A stretch of DNA of 64,000 nt from an uncultured cyanobacterium. GTDB taxonomy: Bacteria > Cyanobacteriota > Cyanobacteriia > Cyanobacteriales > Nostocaceae. Below, piece by piece: positions 20,065 through 30,396 of the stretch (position 1 is its first letter; each line of letters opens with the position of its first letter). A program made the translations under genes and the position numbers. Under the pieces are notes generated by a model. It saw only the letters and a list, made by a program, of their open reading frames with translations. It was not told the origin of the DNA and ran no database searches. The stretch is from positions 1,568,001 to 1,632,000 of the forward strand of contig CAVUDP010000002.1 in NCBI GenBank assembly GCA_963740315.1, written 5' to 3'.

Positions 20065-21801
20065 TTAAAACCCCAAATCTGCTTTTGCTAATTCCGCTGC
20101 TGCAAATACTTCTTCGTCTGGTTTTTCTTCCCAGTCGGGGTCGCCAATTTCTTGGTAAAATGTACTGTCATAAGGACGAGTACGCACGACGACGGGCATG
20201 GGAACGGCATGACCTAAGATTAATGCTTGTTGTTTTGAATCTAGTTTCGCTAACACTGATTTCAAGCCTCCAGCCCCGGAAACTCCTGTAAAAATCGCGT
20301 CGATGTCTTTTTCGTCGTTGAGTAAGGCGGTGATGCGGGTACCAACTTGGGACATGACTTCATTATCTATCCCTGATGGTCTTTGGTCTACTACTAACAA
20401 AGTTACGAAATATTTCCGCATTTCACGAGCTATTGTACCAAAAATCGTACTTTGCACGATCGCCGAGTCAAGAAAACGGTGTGCTTCCTCGATTGTAATC
20501 ATTAACTGCAATGGTTTATCGACGGGATTTTTGGTTTGCAAAAACTTTTCTGCTTTACGAACGTATTGTTGGTGAATGCGTCGAGTAATCATGTTTGTCA
20601 CCAACATATAAGAAAGCATATCTGATTGAGAACCGAATTCTACTACAACATTTTTCCCAACTTCGAGCGATCGCATGATTTGAGTGATATAGTTGTGCGG
20701 ACAAGCAGCACGCATATACTTCATGTTGTCCATCCGCAACAGTTTGCGCTGTAATGCGGTAATTGAACCTTGGTGTCCCCGCTTTTCTTCGCAAAACATT
20801 TTGATTTCTTCGTTTGTCATGTTCAATAGTTGAACGATCCAAGATTTACCAAATTCGGCATGAAGAATATTAGCATTATCAATACTCGCGTCGGAAAGTC
20901 CCAACTCACGAGAACATAACTTAATATCTTCTACTTCAATTTGGTCGTAACTTAAATAAAGGTCTTGGGCGTGAGGCACCCCCCGACGTTTTGCAGACTC
21001 TGGATCTAAGGTGTAAACTTCTACTTTACTGGGAAATAACTGTTTTAAACCCTTAACAATATTTAAATTCTTACCTTCGGAAACCGCTTCCCAACCGTAT
21101 TCCGAGTGCATATCAAAAATTAAATTTACCGCAGCATTTTTCTTAATTGTCCCTGCCAAAAGTAAGCGCGTCAAAAAGGATTTACCAGTTCCAGATTTAC
21201 CAAAAACGCCATTACTTCTTTCCACAAACTTATTTAAATCGATGCAAACGGGTACTTCCATATCCAAAGGTTGCCCAATGGAAAAATTCTTCCTTTGTGG
21301 ATCGTCTTCCCAACCAAATACGCGGCGAAAGTCATCTTGGGAAGCTTCGTAAACTTGGCTAAAATGACTTGGAATTGTTTTAACTGGCATTAATTCCATC
21401 GTAGTACTAGTTTGTGCTTGAAACGATGCCAAACTAGTATTTACAGCCGTTTTTATCTTTGCAGACTTATTATCTCCCTCAAAATCGGATTCGTTGGATT
21501 CGGGAGTAAACATCAACATGGGTGAGAGATTAATAGTACCGTAAGTACCGCTTCCTGCCAAAATATCGCGCATAAAAGTATCTTCCCAACTTGGAGGATA
21601 AGCCACAATCCTCTGGTTGGAAATTCCCAACGCCACATCCGTCAGCATACAGAAAAATCGCGATCGCACCCCTTGCACAACCAGAAATTTACCCACCCGC
21701 ATATCTTCAACCAAAATATCGGGATGCAATCTAACTTCTAATCCCCCAGTTAAAGAACCTTGAATAACCGAACCTAATGGTTGTCTGCTAATAGAATTCA
21801 T
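20065..21801 (-). CDS. HerA-like / DUF87 ATPase
   Basis: Walker A GKSGTGKS, IFDMHSEYG, Walker B IEEAHRF, REMRKY, DQRPS. Confidence 0.9.
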   Translation of the reverse strand: MNSISRQPLGSVIQGSLTGGLEVRLHPDILVEDMRVGKFLVVQGVRSRFFCMLTDVALGISNQRIVAYPPSWEDTFMRDILAGSGTYGTINLSPMLMFTPESNESDFEGDNKSAKIKTAVNTSLASFQAQTSTTMELMPVKTIPSHFSQVYEASQDDFRRVFGWEDDPQRKNFSIGQPLDMEVPVCIDLNKFVERSNGVFGKSGTGKSFLTRLLLAGTIKKNAAVNLIFDMHSEYGWEAVSEGKNLNIVKGLKQLFPSKVEVYTLDPESAKRRGVPHAQDLYLSYDQIEVEDIKLCSRELGLSDASIDNANILHAEFGKSWIVQLLNMTNEEIKMFCEEKRGHQGSITALQRKLLRMDNMKYMRAACPHNYITQIMRSLEVGKNVVVEFGSQSDMLSYMLVTNMITRRIHQQYVRKAEKFLQTKNPVDKPLQLMITIEEAHRFLDSAIVQSTIFGTIAREMRKYFVTLLVVDQRPSGIDNEVMSQVGTRITALLNDEKDIDAIFTGVSGAGGLKSVLAKLDSKQQALILGHAVPMPVVVRTRPYDSTFYQEIGDPDWEEKPDEEVFAAAELAKADLGF

Positions 21802-21976
21802 ATAGTCAACGCATAATTTTATTCGTTCTGCTTAAAAGAATTTTAGCTGAAACCGGAGAAGCCCCACATCCGACCCGAAGGGCGGTGTGGGATGCGAATA
21901 ATGCGGGAGGCATAGCCACACCGCATTTTCGCTCATAAATCTTCTTAATAAAAGGCTCGCGTCCTAAACTGCAATG

Positions 21977-22165
21977 TTAATTTATTGACGGGCTTTTTAG
22001 GGCAGCGAGCTTTTTATCAATCTCTTCAGATGGTAATGAATCAATTAAATCCTCAAGAATTGATGTCATAGTTTTATCTTTGCTTGCCGCGTATAGTTTT
22101 AACTTATTCAATCTACGTTCACTCATTCTTACGTCTAATCTTTTTTTACTCATTAGTCTGTACAA
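21977..22165 (-). CDS. small ribbon-helix-helix-like DNA-binding protein, divergent from tnpB
   Basis: MSKKRLDVRMSERRLNKLKLYAASKDKTMTSILEDLIDSL: strand-helix-helix pattern. Confidence 0.65.
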   Translation of the reverse strand: MYRLMSKKRLDVRMSERRLNKLKLYAASKDKTMTSILEDLIDSLPSEEIDKKLAALKSPSIN

Positions 22166-22217
22166 TGGCTGTATATTTGTGTTACTATATTTATAGGTCG
22201 AATCAAAGAATAAATCA

Positions 22218-23402
22218 ATGAGAATTTCTTACCAATACAAAATCAAGCCGACAAAACAACAAACAACAAAAATTGACAATACATTAAATATGTTGCGTCA
22301 TCAATATAATTTTTTGTTGACCCAAAGATTCAACTGGTATGAACGTTGGGGTTGTTCTATTGATAGATGCTCTTTGATTTGTCACCTTCCAGAATTGTCT
22401 GAGCAACCAAATTACTACAACCAGAAGGCATCATTAACTGAGCTTAAAAAGGAGCGTCCTTGGTATAAGGAAATTCATTCTCAAGTATTGCAGGAAGTTC
22501 CGAAAAGAGTTGAAAAAGCTTTTGATAGATGGCTTAAAGGTGACGTTAATGGTAAAAAGTCAGGCAGACCTAGATTCAAAGGTGAAGGTCAATATAAAAC
22601 TTTTACTTATCAGCAATTTAAACAACATCATTTCTCAAATGGGTTTATAAAACTTTCAAAGATTGGTGATGTAAAAGTAATTGTTCACCGTTCTATACCT
22701 GATGGTTTTACAATAAAAACCGTATCCGTTACTAAAAAAGCGGATGGTTATTATGTAACCTTGAGTCTCGATGATAAAACAGTACCAACAGTTAAGCTTG
22801 ACTTTGATGCAAATAAAATTGTTGGTATTGACGTAGGATTAATAGATTTTTTTGTTACGTCTGATAACGAACGAGTCAAAGCACCAAAACATTTACGTAA
22901 AGCAAAACGCAAATTACGTAAGATACAAAAGCGTGTTTCTCGTCGTAAAAAAGGCTCTAATAGACGTAAAAAAGCGATCGATAAGCTAGGTAAGCAACAT
23001 AAAAAAGTAGCTGATACAAGAAAAGATTTTCACTTCAAAACGGCTAATCAACTGCTCAAAAAGTATGATGTAGTGGTAGTTGAAAAGTTGAATATAAAGG
23101 GTCTAGCTAGAACTAGACTTGCTAAAAGTATTCATGATGCGGGATGGGGGCAATTCATTTTTATTCTGACAAATAAAGCCGAAAATGCTGGTTTGTCGGT
23201 TATCCCAGTAAAACCTCATGGTACTTCTCAAGAATGCTCAAATTGTGGTCATAAAGTAAAGAAACCGTTGTCGCAAAGAATGCACAATTGTCCGGTTTGT
23301 CATACTTCTTTATGCCGCGACCATAACGCAGCAATTAACATCAGGAATCGTGGGGCGCACGACCTGTATAAAAAAGCTCAGTTAATGTCTAGGGTTGCTT
23401 AG
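22218..23402 (+). CDS. tnpB: RNA-guided endonuclease TnpB
   Basis: N-terminal YQYKIKPT; RuvC GIDVG, VVEKL, RDHNAA; zinc finger CSNC...CPVC. Confidence 0.95.
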   Translation: MRISYQYKIKPTKQQTTKIDNTLNMLRHQYNFLLTQRFNWYERWGCSIDRCSLICHLPELSEQPNYYNQKASLTELKKERPWYKEIHSQVLQEVPKRVEKAFDRWLKGDVNGKKSGRPRFKGEGQYKTFTYQQFKQHHFSNGFIKLSKIGDVKVIVHRSIPDGFTIKTVSVTKKADGYYVTLSLDDKTVPTVKLDFDANKIVGIDVGLIDFFVTSDNERVKAPKHLRKAKRKLRKIQKRVSRRKKGSNRRKKAIDKLGKQHKKVADTRKDFHFKTANQLLKKYDVVVVEKLNIKGLARTRLAKSIHDAGWGQFIFILTNKAENAGLSVIPVKPHGTSQECSNCGHKVKKPLSQRMHNCPVCHTSLCRDHNAAINIRNRGAHDLYKKAQLMSRVA

Positions 23403-23804
23403 AGTCTCTGAGAAGCCCACACTCACCCGTTCACGCGTTCACCGCTAGGTGCGGCGAGGGCGTGCGGCTCAGGGGAGTATGTGGAGTACGTCACTTCTAC
23501 TGTATTAATTATGCGAACAATTGTACGAACAAATTTTAATAAAATTAGAAGTTAGGAGTTAGAAATTAGGAGTTAAGAATTTGTAATTCATAACTTACAT
23601 CTAATGTGTAGGAAAAGCTAAAAGCTTATATATAAGCGATAAAGACGCGGTACAATAAGTTGGTCTTAAGCTGTTCATATTAGACGTAACTCATTACTTC
23701 GTAGGCGATCGGTATCCTTTCTTGCAGTTATGAACTATAATTTTTTAACTCCTAACTCCTAACTCATTAAGGTTACTGAGCTTGTCGAAGTACTCCTAAC
23801 TTTT

Positions 23805-24608
23805 TCAGTCAATCTGAATCGATGTCGGCGCACTGGGGCTGTTGATAGTGGAACCGATTATTGGTTTGCGAAATTGCACGTAAAGTTTGTCGCGCCAATC
23901 AAAGAATGGTTGGTAAATTGGATTATCTGCTAAACCGGGTACTCCTTTACCTTTAATAGTTGGCGGTAAATCTAAATAAGCACCGTCTGGAAACTTTAAC
24001 AATATAGATAAACCTGCTACTGCAAAATCGGCAAGACACGGTTGATCGCCTAGCAAATAAGGACTATTTTCTAATATCAACGTCAAAGCTTCTAAATCTT
24101 GTTTCAAGTCTCTCATGGCACCTTGTACCGCATCTGGGCTGTAACCTACCCCCACACCCAATACTTTGAGTATGTCACCCGGTACTCCTTCCACCAAGGT
24201 TTTCAGTACATCTGGCGTGGAATTGGGTAACAAAGATTTACGAAAATACTGGTCTTTACTGATAGCGGAAAATAAAGCTTTTCTACTTTTACTACCAATG
24301 GATTCATCTGCCCATTCTTCCATCATTAAGCATAATCCCCGAAGTTTGGCATCTTGCGGCATCAGCGGACGTTCGGGGTATTGTGCATCTATATACTTAG
24401 CTATTTCCGTAGAATCCGCGATATATCTGCTACCGTCTTTGAGTACGGGTACTTGACGCTGCCCTGTTTTTTGAAATAATTCTACCTGTCCTATGCCAGG
24501 TGTTACCTCTATTTTGCGGTATTCTAGACCTTTATAATCTAGAATCAGACGCACTTTTTCTGAGTATTGAGAAAGTTCAAATTGGTATAACTCTAACATA
24601 ATTAGCAC
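23805..24608 (-). CDS. glutathione S-transferase family protein
   Basis: LYQFELSQYSEKVRLIL, GQRQVPVLKDG, DSTEIAKY. Confidence 0.9.
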   Translation of the reverse strand: MLIMLELYQFELSQYSEKVRLILDYKGLEYRKIEVTPGIGQVELFQKTGQRQVPVLKDGSRYIADSTEIAKYIDAQYPERPLMPQDAKLRGLCLMMEEWADESIGSKSRKALFSAISKDQYFRKSLLPNSTPDVLKTLVEGVPGDILKVLGVGVGYSPDAVQGAMRDLKQDLEALTLILENSPYLLGDQPCLADFAVAGLSILLKFPDGAYLDLPPTIKGKGVPGLADNPIYQPFFDWRDKLYVQFRKPIIGSTINSPSAPTSIQID

Positions 24609-25271
24609 TTCAGTAATTTGATGACCTATAAATTCTACAACTTTATTTTTGTTAAGAATAATTTCAACTTATAAATTAAGATTTTTATTACCTGGGAATT
24701 ATGTCTACAGAGCGATAAATTTTTTGCTTGCTTATGCTTGCTAAATCAAAAACTTATTTAATTTTTGATAAAAAACCAAGAAAATTGTCAAAGAATACTC
24801 AAATAATTAATTATTTATAAATAACTAAATTCAACCAAGTATTTTGATATCAAATTGAAAATGCTTACCCAGTATGGCATTTAGCTTTTGGTATCGAAGT
24901 CCCGTTACTTGTAAAGGAGAAAAAATCAAATATTCTATAGCACAAAAGATTCAATCCTGACATTTTTTATTTAATTTTTTATTTATTTTATATTTAGCCA
25001 ACTTATGTAAAAAAGTTATCTTTAAATATATACGTATGCTACAATAATTACAAACATTTACTGCGGAACTATAAATACAAATTGAGAGTCTTTACTATTA
25101 AATAATCGCGATAGCCTTATCAATAAAGTTAGTCAGATGATTTGGGATAAATAGAGTATCACCAACATTGCCATAAAGCAACAAAAATCCGATACGAATT
25201 AGATTTTTTGCCTAATAAAATGGTATAAGTCTTTAATGTAAAGTGTGGAATAAAAGCCAGATAACATCACC

Positions 25272-26162
25272 ATGAAGGTATATTACAGTAATTTACTGAC
25301 TAAATTAACTGGCATTGTGGGAGTGACCAGCATCAGCTTACTGATGGGTTTGTCAGCGAGAGCAAACAACGCGCTCAATCCTAATCCCAGTGTTTTTACA
25401 GAAGCTCCTAATAACCGCAGTCAAACAGTTCCGGTATCCGAAACTAATAACGAAGCAGTTATACGGACAAACAAGAGCGATAAGCCAAGTAAAATATTAG
25501 CGCAAAGCGGTGGGGTACTTAATCCTAGACCAAGTATTTTAGATGAGTGTCCGTACAATCGGGCTGCTTGTGGAAATAGTACACCCTCAACTTCACCAGC
25601 ACCTTTACCACCCTCAACTTCACCAGCACCAATACCAGCACCAATACCACCTACACCAGGAAATGTACCTCCCTTACCGGGAACGGAAGTTCCAACAATG
25701 CCAGGGGCGGAAACACAACCAACCCAACCATCAGCAGAAACCGAAAATCAGGACATTATAGATGTAGCGCAGGCAAATCCTTCGTTTACAATGCTGGTTA
25801 AGGCATTGCAAGCAGCAGGGTTAGTAGATACTTTAAAAGGAAACGGTCCTTTTACAGTTTTTGCACCTAGCGATGCAGCATTTGCGAAGTTACCACAAGA
25901 CGCGGTGCAGGATTTATTAAAGCCAGAAAACAAAGAAGTACTGGTGAAAATTCTGTCCTATCACGTAGTACCGGGTAGAGTACTTTCCACCGATTTACAA
26001 TCAGGGGAAGTAAAAAGCGTCGAAGGCGGACCAATTAGCGTTAGAGTTGACCCAGGTACGGGCGTACAGGTAAATGACGCTACCGTAGTTCAGCCTGACA
26101 TCAAAGCCAGCAACGGTATAATCCACGTGATCGACAACGTTATTTTGCCTCCCGATTTGTAA
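25272..26162 (+). CDS. fasciclin (FAS1) domain protein
   Basis: Signal peptide, Pro-rich linker, GPFTVFAPSDAAF, ILSYHVV, NGIIHVIDNVILP. Confidence 0.93.
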   Translation: MKVYYSNLLTKLTGIVGVTSISLLMGLSARANNALNPNPSVFTEAPNNRSQTVPVSETNNEAVIRTNKSDKPSKILAQSGGVLNPRPSILDECPYNRAACGNSTPSTSPAPLPPSTSPAPIPAPIPPTPGNVPPLPGTEVPTMPGAETQPTQPSAETENQDIIDVAQANPSFTMLVKALQAAGLVDTLKGNGPFTVFAPSDAAFAKLPQDAVQDLLKPENKEVLVKILSYHVVPGRVLSTDLQSGEVKSVEGGPISVRVDPGTGVQVNDATVVQPDIKASNGIIHVIDNVILPPDL

Positions 26163-26181
26163 AAATTTGGGAATTGTAAAT

Positions 26182-26291
26182 AGTTAGGAGTTAGGAGTGA
26201 GGAGTTAGGAATTAAAAATTCTTTTCCCTATCTCCCCATCTCCCTATCTCCCCATCTCCCCATCTCCCCATCTCCCCATCTCCCCATCTTC
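26182..26291. repeat. STRR cluster: (GTTAGGA)n then (CCCCATCT)n
   Basis: Direct reading. Confidence 0.9.
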
Positions 26292-27833
26292 CTAACTCCG
26301 CGTATAACGATGCTTTACACCTTGAGGAAAATACTCTGGTTCTCCCATTGGTAATAATCTCACTTCTGGTGTTTGATATTCTGGGGGAACGTAATTTGCA
26401 AATTCGCTGTTAAGTCGTATTAGCTGTTTAAGAATAGAATCCTCTACAGCTTGTTTTTTCTCTTCATTGGCTTCAACTTCAGGAGCTAATTCTACAGCTA
26501 TAGATATAAAATTATTTTTATCCGCATCTTCTTGGATTTGCATCACAAATTTACCTGTTACCCAATCTCTGACTACAGGTTGTTCTAAACCAACTTTGAT
26601 ATTTTCTGGGTAGATATTCGCGCCGAAATAGGAAATAGTAAAGTTGGAACGTCCAAATACAAAAACGAAGGGTAAATTACGAATTCCTCTGGTATTTGAT
26701 AATGCTTCTGTCGGGTTAAATCCCCATTCTGATAAAAACTGAAGCATTGCATCATAAGTAATTATTCCCCCATTATCTAAAATGTTGTAACGTACCAAGG
26801 GAATTCCATTGTCTCCAGAAAATAAGATCGTACCTCTGTGTATGCCTTCTTTATTAGAATTAGAATCCGCTGATGGTATGACTTCAAAAAAACGATTCAT
26901 TGGGTCATACTGAACTAAAGTCGGTAAACGAGATTCACCAAATAAAGTACGGGCTGCATAAGGATTTTTTGCCAAAAACTGGCGAATGCAGATACTTAAC
27001 GGCGTTTCATTACCTAAAACTCCCGCATCCGCCGTACCGTAAAGCGATGCAAAATCATAACAGGGATTTTGGGAACCAACTCTTTCCCCTACTAAACTCC
27101 GCCATTCTTCGCTAAATACCTCTCCCGCCATTACGAATTTGATATTATGTTGCTTCAATTGAATATTGCGAGCAATACCCGTATCAATTACATCTTTAAG
27201 AAAAGGCGGATATCCTAATAAAACAGTTTGTTCAAAATTAGGACTTAATTCTTCTATGACTCGTAAAATTTCGGCTTTATTTGTACCTGGGGAAATTACG
27301 GTAACGGGATAACCTTTACTGGAAAGATAGCGACAGCAGTTAGTAGTAAACATTCCCCCTACCCAAGTTCCCAACGCAAAGCAAACTACAGCTAAAGTAC
27401 GTTTGTTATCCGCGAAAAAACTATCGTAAAATATTTGTTCAAACCGGGTAGCGATCGCCAATTCATCAGTGAAGAAGCGCAGCCAGAAAGTAGGTTTACC
27501 CGTAGAGCCAGATGAAGCGGCGATCGTATCGCAGCTTTCTATTTTTCCGTAACGGCAGAAATCCGCTAAGGGATAGCACTTGAGGTAATTATCTTTAGTA
27601 AGTGGCGGTAATTTTTGAAAATCGTCAAAAGTTTGAATCGTATCGGGATTAATTTGCTGTTGCGTCAAAAAAGCTTTATAAGCCGGTACATTTGCAGCAA
27701 CATCCCGAAATAACTTAATTATTTCCTTCTCTGGATTATTGTGAAGATGCTTTTGTAATAAAGTTTCGAGAGGAGTATGTAAAAAGTCCTCAAATCCCTT
27801 AATAGCCCGTTGACTTTGGTTTTCGTAGTTCAT
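26292..27833 (-). CDS. phenylacetate-CoA ligase family adenylate-forming protein
   Basis: SSGSTGKP, GYPPFLKD, YGTAD, PLVRYNILD, GANIYPE. Confidence 0.88.
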   Translation of the reverse strand: MNYENQSQRAIKGFEDFLHTPLETLLQKHLHNNPEKEIIKLFRDVAANVPAYKAFLTQQQINPDTIQTFDDFQKLPPLTKDNYLKCYPLADFCRYGKIESCDTIAASSGSTGKPTFWLRFFTDELAIATRFEQIFYDSFFADNKRTLAVVCFALGTWVGGMFTTNCCRYLSSKGYPVTVISPGTNKAEILRVIEELSPNFEQTVLLGYPPFLKDVIDTGIARNIQLKQHNIKFVMAGEVFSEEWRSLVGERVGSQNPCYDFASLYGTADAGVLGNETPLSICIRQFLAKNPYAARTLFGESRLPTLVQYDPMNRFFEVIPSADSNSNKEGIHRGTILFSGDNGIPLVRYNILDNGGIITYDAMLQFLSEWGFNPTEALSNTRGIRNLPFVFVFGRSNFTISYFGANIYPENIKVGLEQPVVRDWVTGKFVMQIQEDADKNNFISIAVELAPEVEANEEKKQAVEDSILKQLIRLNSEFANYVPPEYQTPEVRLLPMGEPEYFPQGVKHRYTRS

Positions 27834-27885
27834 AGCGCTTGTTGTACTCGGAAAATCGGATTATTATAGCCATTTATTAGATGTG

Positions 27886-28120
27886 AAGAGGGGGTAGAGG
27901 GGGTAGAGGGGGGAGATGGGGAGATGGGGAGATGGGGAGATGGGGAGATGGGGAGATGGGGAGATGGGGGGAAAACTAAAGATTCTCAACTCATAACTCA
28001 TAACTCCGGTGGTACTCACTCCTAACTCCTAACTCCTAACTCCTAACTCCTAACTCCTATACGGTTACTGAGCTTGTCGAAGTACTCCTAACTCCTAACA
28101 ACTAACAACTAACTCCCCAT
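27886..28120. repeat. STRR cluster: (GGGGAGAT)n then (CTCCTAA)n/(CAACTAA)n with embedded small elements
   Basis: Direct reading. Confidence 0.9.
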
Positions 28121-28185
28121 TCCTGGAAATTATACGTAAATTCATCTGACAACGTTGTAGTTATTAGCAAAAACCCTTTCATTTT

Positions 28186-29910
28186 TTGGGCATCATGCAG
28201 GTTTATTGCACTCGAAATCACGTCAACTCTTCAAATCACCGCTTTTGTACTGTATGTGGCGAACCTTTGCCTCTTCCTTCTGGGGAGATTATTATCGATC
28301 GCTATAAAATTGTACGTCAACTTGGGCAAGGAGGTTTTGGACGTACTTATTTGGCGGAGGATATGCAGCAGTCGAATAAAAACTGCGTGCTGAAGGAGTT
28401 TGCACCGCAAGTCGAAGAAGATAAAGATTTAAGAAAAGCAAAAGAATTGTTTGAAAGGGAAGCGAGCGTACTAAAACAGCTTCAACATCCACAAATTCCC
28501 CGCTGTCACTGTTCGTTAGAGGTAAAGTTCTCCAATAAAGATTTATTCTTTTTGGTGCAAGATTATGTTGAAGGTGAAAATTATCAGGATTTATTAGAAA
28601 AACGACTCAATCAAGGAAGATGTTTTAGCGAACAAGAAGTATTTCATTTACTAACGCAAATTTTACCAGTATTGAGTTACATTCACTCAAAAGATGTAGT
28701 TCACCGCGACATTTCACCGGATAATTTAATTTTACGCACAACCGATAATTTACCAGTTTTGATTGATTTTGGGGGTGTCAAGCAATTACCGGCTTCTCAA
28801 GGATTATGGTTTACGCAATTACCTGTTAATCGCACGTTGTTGGGTAAAAAGGGTTACGCACCCGAAGAACAATTACGTCAAGGTAAAGCTTTTCACAGCA
28901 GCGATTTGTACTCGTTAGCAGTGACAATTTTGGTGCTACTTGCTGGGAAAGAACCGCAAAAACTTTACGATAGTTATCAAGGTAAATGGCGTTGGGGAGA
29001 AGAAATTAAAGTTAGTCCCAACTTTGAAGCGGTGTTGAGAAAGATGGTTGCTTATAAACCCAGCGAAAGATACCAAAACGCCGAAGAAGTTTTAAAAGAT
29101 TTACAGTCTTCTACTCCTGTTTCTACTCCTGCTAGTTCTAATGCCAATGCTAATATTAGCAAAATTCATACAGCTGTAATTGCTCCCGGACGTAATGCAG
29201 GTGCAATCGCGACTAAATTTCACAATCAAACTAACGCTTTTGCTCAAACAATCCATTTACCCGTTTGGATGCGTCCTTTTTTCGTTAGTTTGGTAAGTAC
29301 TAGCGTCATTGTTTTAGTTTTTGCGGGTACTTGGGCGGTAATTAGTGGAGTTATTAATGCTGTCACTTCGTTTTCCCTTCCTAGTGTTTCTTTACCGCAA
29401 TTACCGTCAGTTGAATTACCTAGTTTGCCAGGAGATAATAATTCCGACACGGGATTAAGCCGCCAAGAAACAAACAATATTGGCAAAATTGTACGGCAAC
29501 GTCAGCAGTTAGGAATACCCGAATTATTTTTTAATCGCACCGTAAATCAAATATTTTATACTCAAAATCCAGAAGCTCGCGGACGTACTTTAAGCAACAG
29601 TTCAAAAGACGAAACTTTGAGGAAGAAGTGGTACGGTATTGCCAAAAACTTGCTCGATAAGTTAGAACAAGCTAATCTCAGCACGCAAATTCGACAAAAA
29701 CTAGGAAGCTACAGCGGACGAGATTATGAAACTTGGGAAAAACAAGCGCGATCGGGAGAATTCGGTAATTATACTATTGAAGATTTAAACAGAGATACCA
29801 ACCGTAAGTTTGACAAATTATTTCCTGGGGAAAGACAGGGGAACCTTCAACAACAAACTTTTGGTCAAATTTGGTATGCGTTGGCGGATGAGGAAGTTAG
29901 TAAAAGATGA
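28186..29910 (+). CDS. Ser/Thr protein kinase with N-terminal zinc ribbon and TM helix
   Basis: LGQGGFGRTY, HRDISPDN, DFGG, GYAPEEQ. Confidence 0.93.
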   Translation: MGIMQVYCTRNHVNSSNHRFCTVCGEPLPLPSGEIIIDRYKIVRQLGQGGFGRTYLAEDMQQSNKNCVLKEFAPQVEEDKDLRKAKELFEREASVLKQLQHPQIPRCHCSLEVKFSNKDLFFLVQDYVEGENYQDLLEKRLNQGRCFSEQEVFHLLTQILPVLSYIHSKDVVHRDISPDNLILRTTDNLPVLIDFGGVKQLPASQGLWFTQLPVNRTLLGKKGYAPEEQLRQGKAFHSSDLYSLAVTILVLLAGKEPQKLYDSYQGKWRWGEEIKVSPNFEAVLRKMVAYKPSERYQNAEEVLKDLQSSTPVSTPASSNANANISKIHTAVIAPGRNAGAIATKFHNQTNAFAQTIHLPVWMRPFFVSLVSTSVIVLVFAGTWAVISGVINAVTSFSLPSVSLPQLPSVELPSLPGDNNSDTGLSRQETNNIGKIVRQRQQLGIPELFFNRTVNQIFYTQNPEARGRTLSNSSKDETLRKKWYGIAKNLLDKLEQANLSTQIRQKLGSYSGRDYETWEKQARSGEFGNYTIEDLNRDTNRKFDKLFPGERQGNLQQQTFGQIWYALADEEVSKR

Positions 29911-30396
29911 AATAATCAGTTACCAGTTAGCAGTTACCAGTTAGCAGTTAGCAGTTACCAGTTAGCAGTTACCAGTTAGCAGCTTGAATTTTTGCCAGCC
30001 CGGTGCGTTTAATAATTTATGACCTAAAGCAAGCAGGGTGAACGAAATTTGTTTGCTGCGACTGTAGTTTTATGAGTAATGAAAACAGTTTCAGTTGCTC
30101 AATTTTAAATTCTTAGTAGGCAACTCTTAAACTAATCTTCAAAACTATTTGAATTATTAAATAGTATATTTGTTTGTACCATGCATAAGTTATTGTGAAT
30201 AAAAACAATTTAGTATTTCTTCTTATCCACTGGGAACTCAAAGTCCCCGTTTAATAGCTGAAGACAAAATCATCTAGAAATGTCTAATTTATAACTCTAA
30301 TACAGCTGTAAATTGCGGTTTATTATGAGTGGCAAGATATTAATGCTCCCTAACTCATAACTCATAACTCCTAACTCTTAACTCCTAAACCCTCCC

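Larger units (their letters stand above)
21850..23494 (+). mobile_element. non-autonomous IS200/IS605-family element (tnpB plus divergent small gene, no tnpA)
   Basis: Similar subterminal hairpins at both ends (GAAGCCCCACA...GTGTGGGA near 21858-21892; GAAGCCCACAC...TATGTGGA near 23412-23485); right end TCAC at 23491-23494. Left boundary approximate. Confidence 0.8.

Noticed and set aside
20065..21801. HerA as part of an anti-phage system (e.g. Sir2-HerA)
   Set aside because: No adjacent effector gene; it looks like the conserved cyanobacterial HerA-like ATPase.
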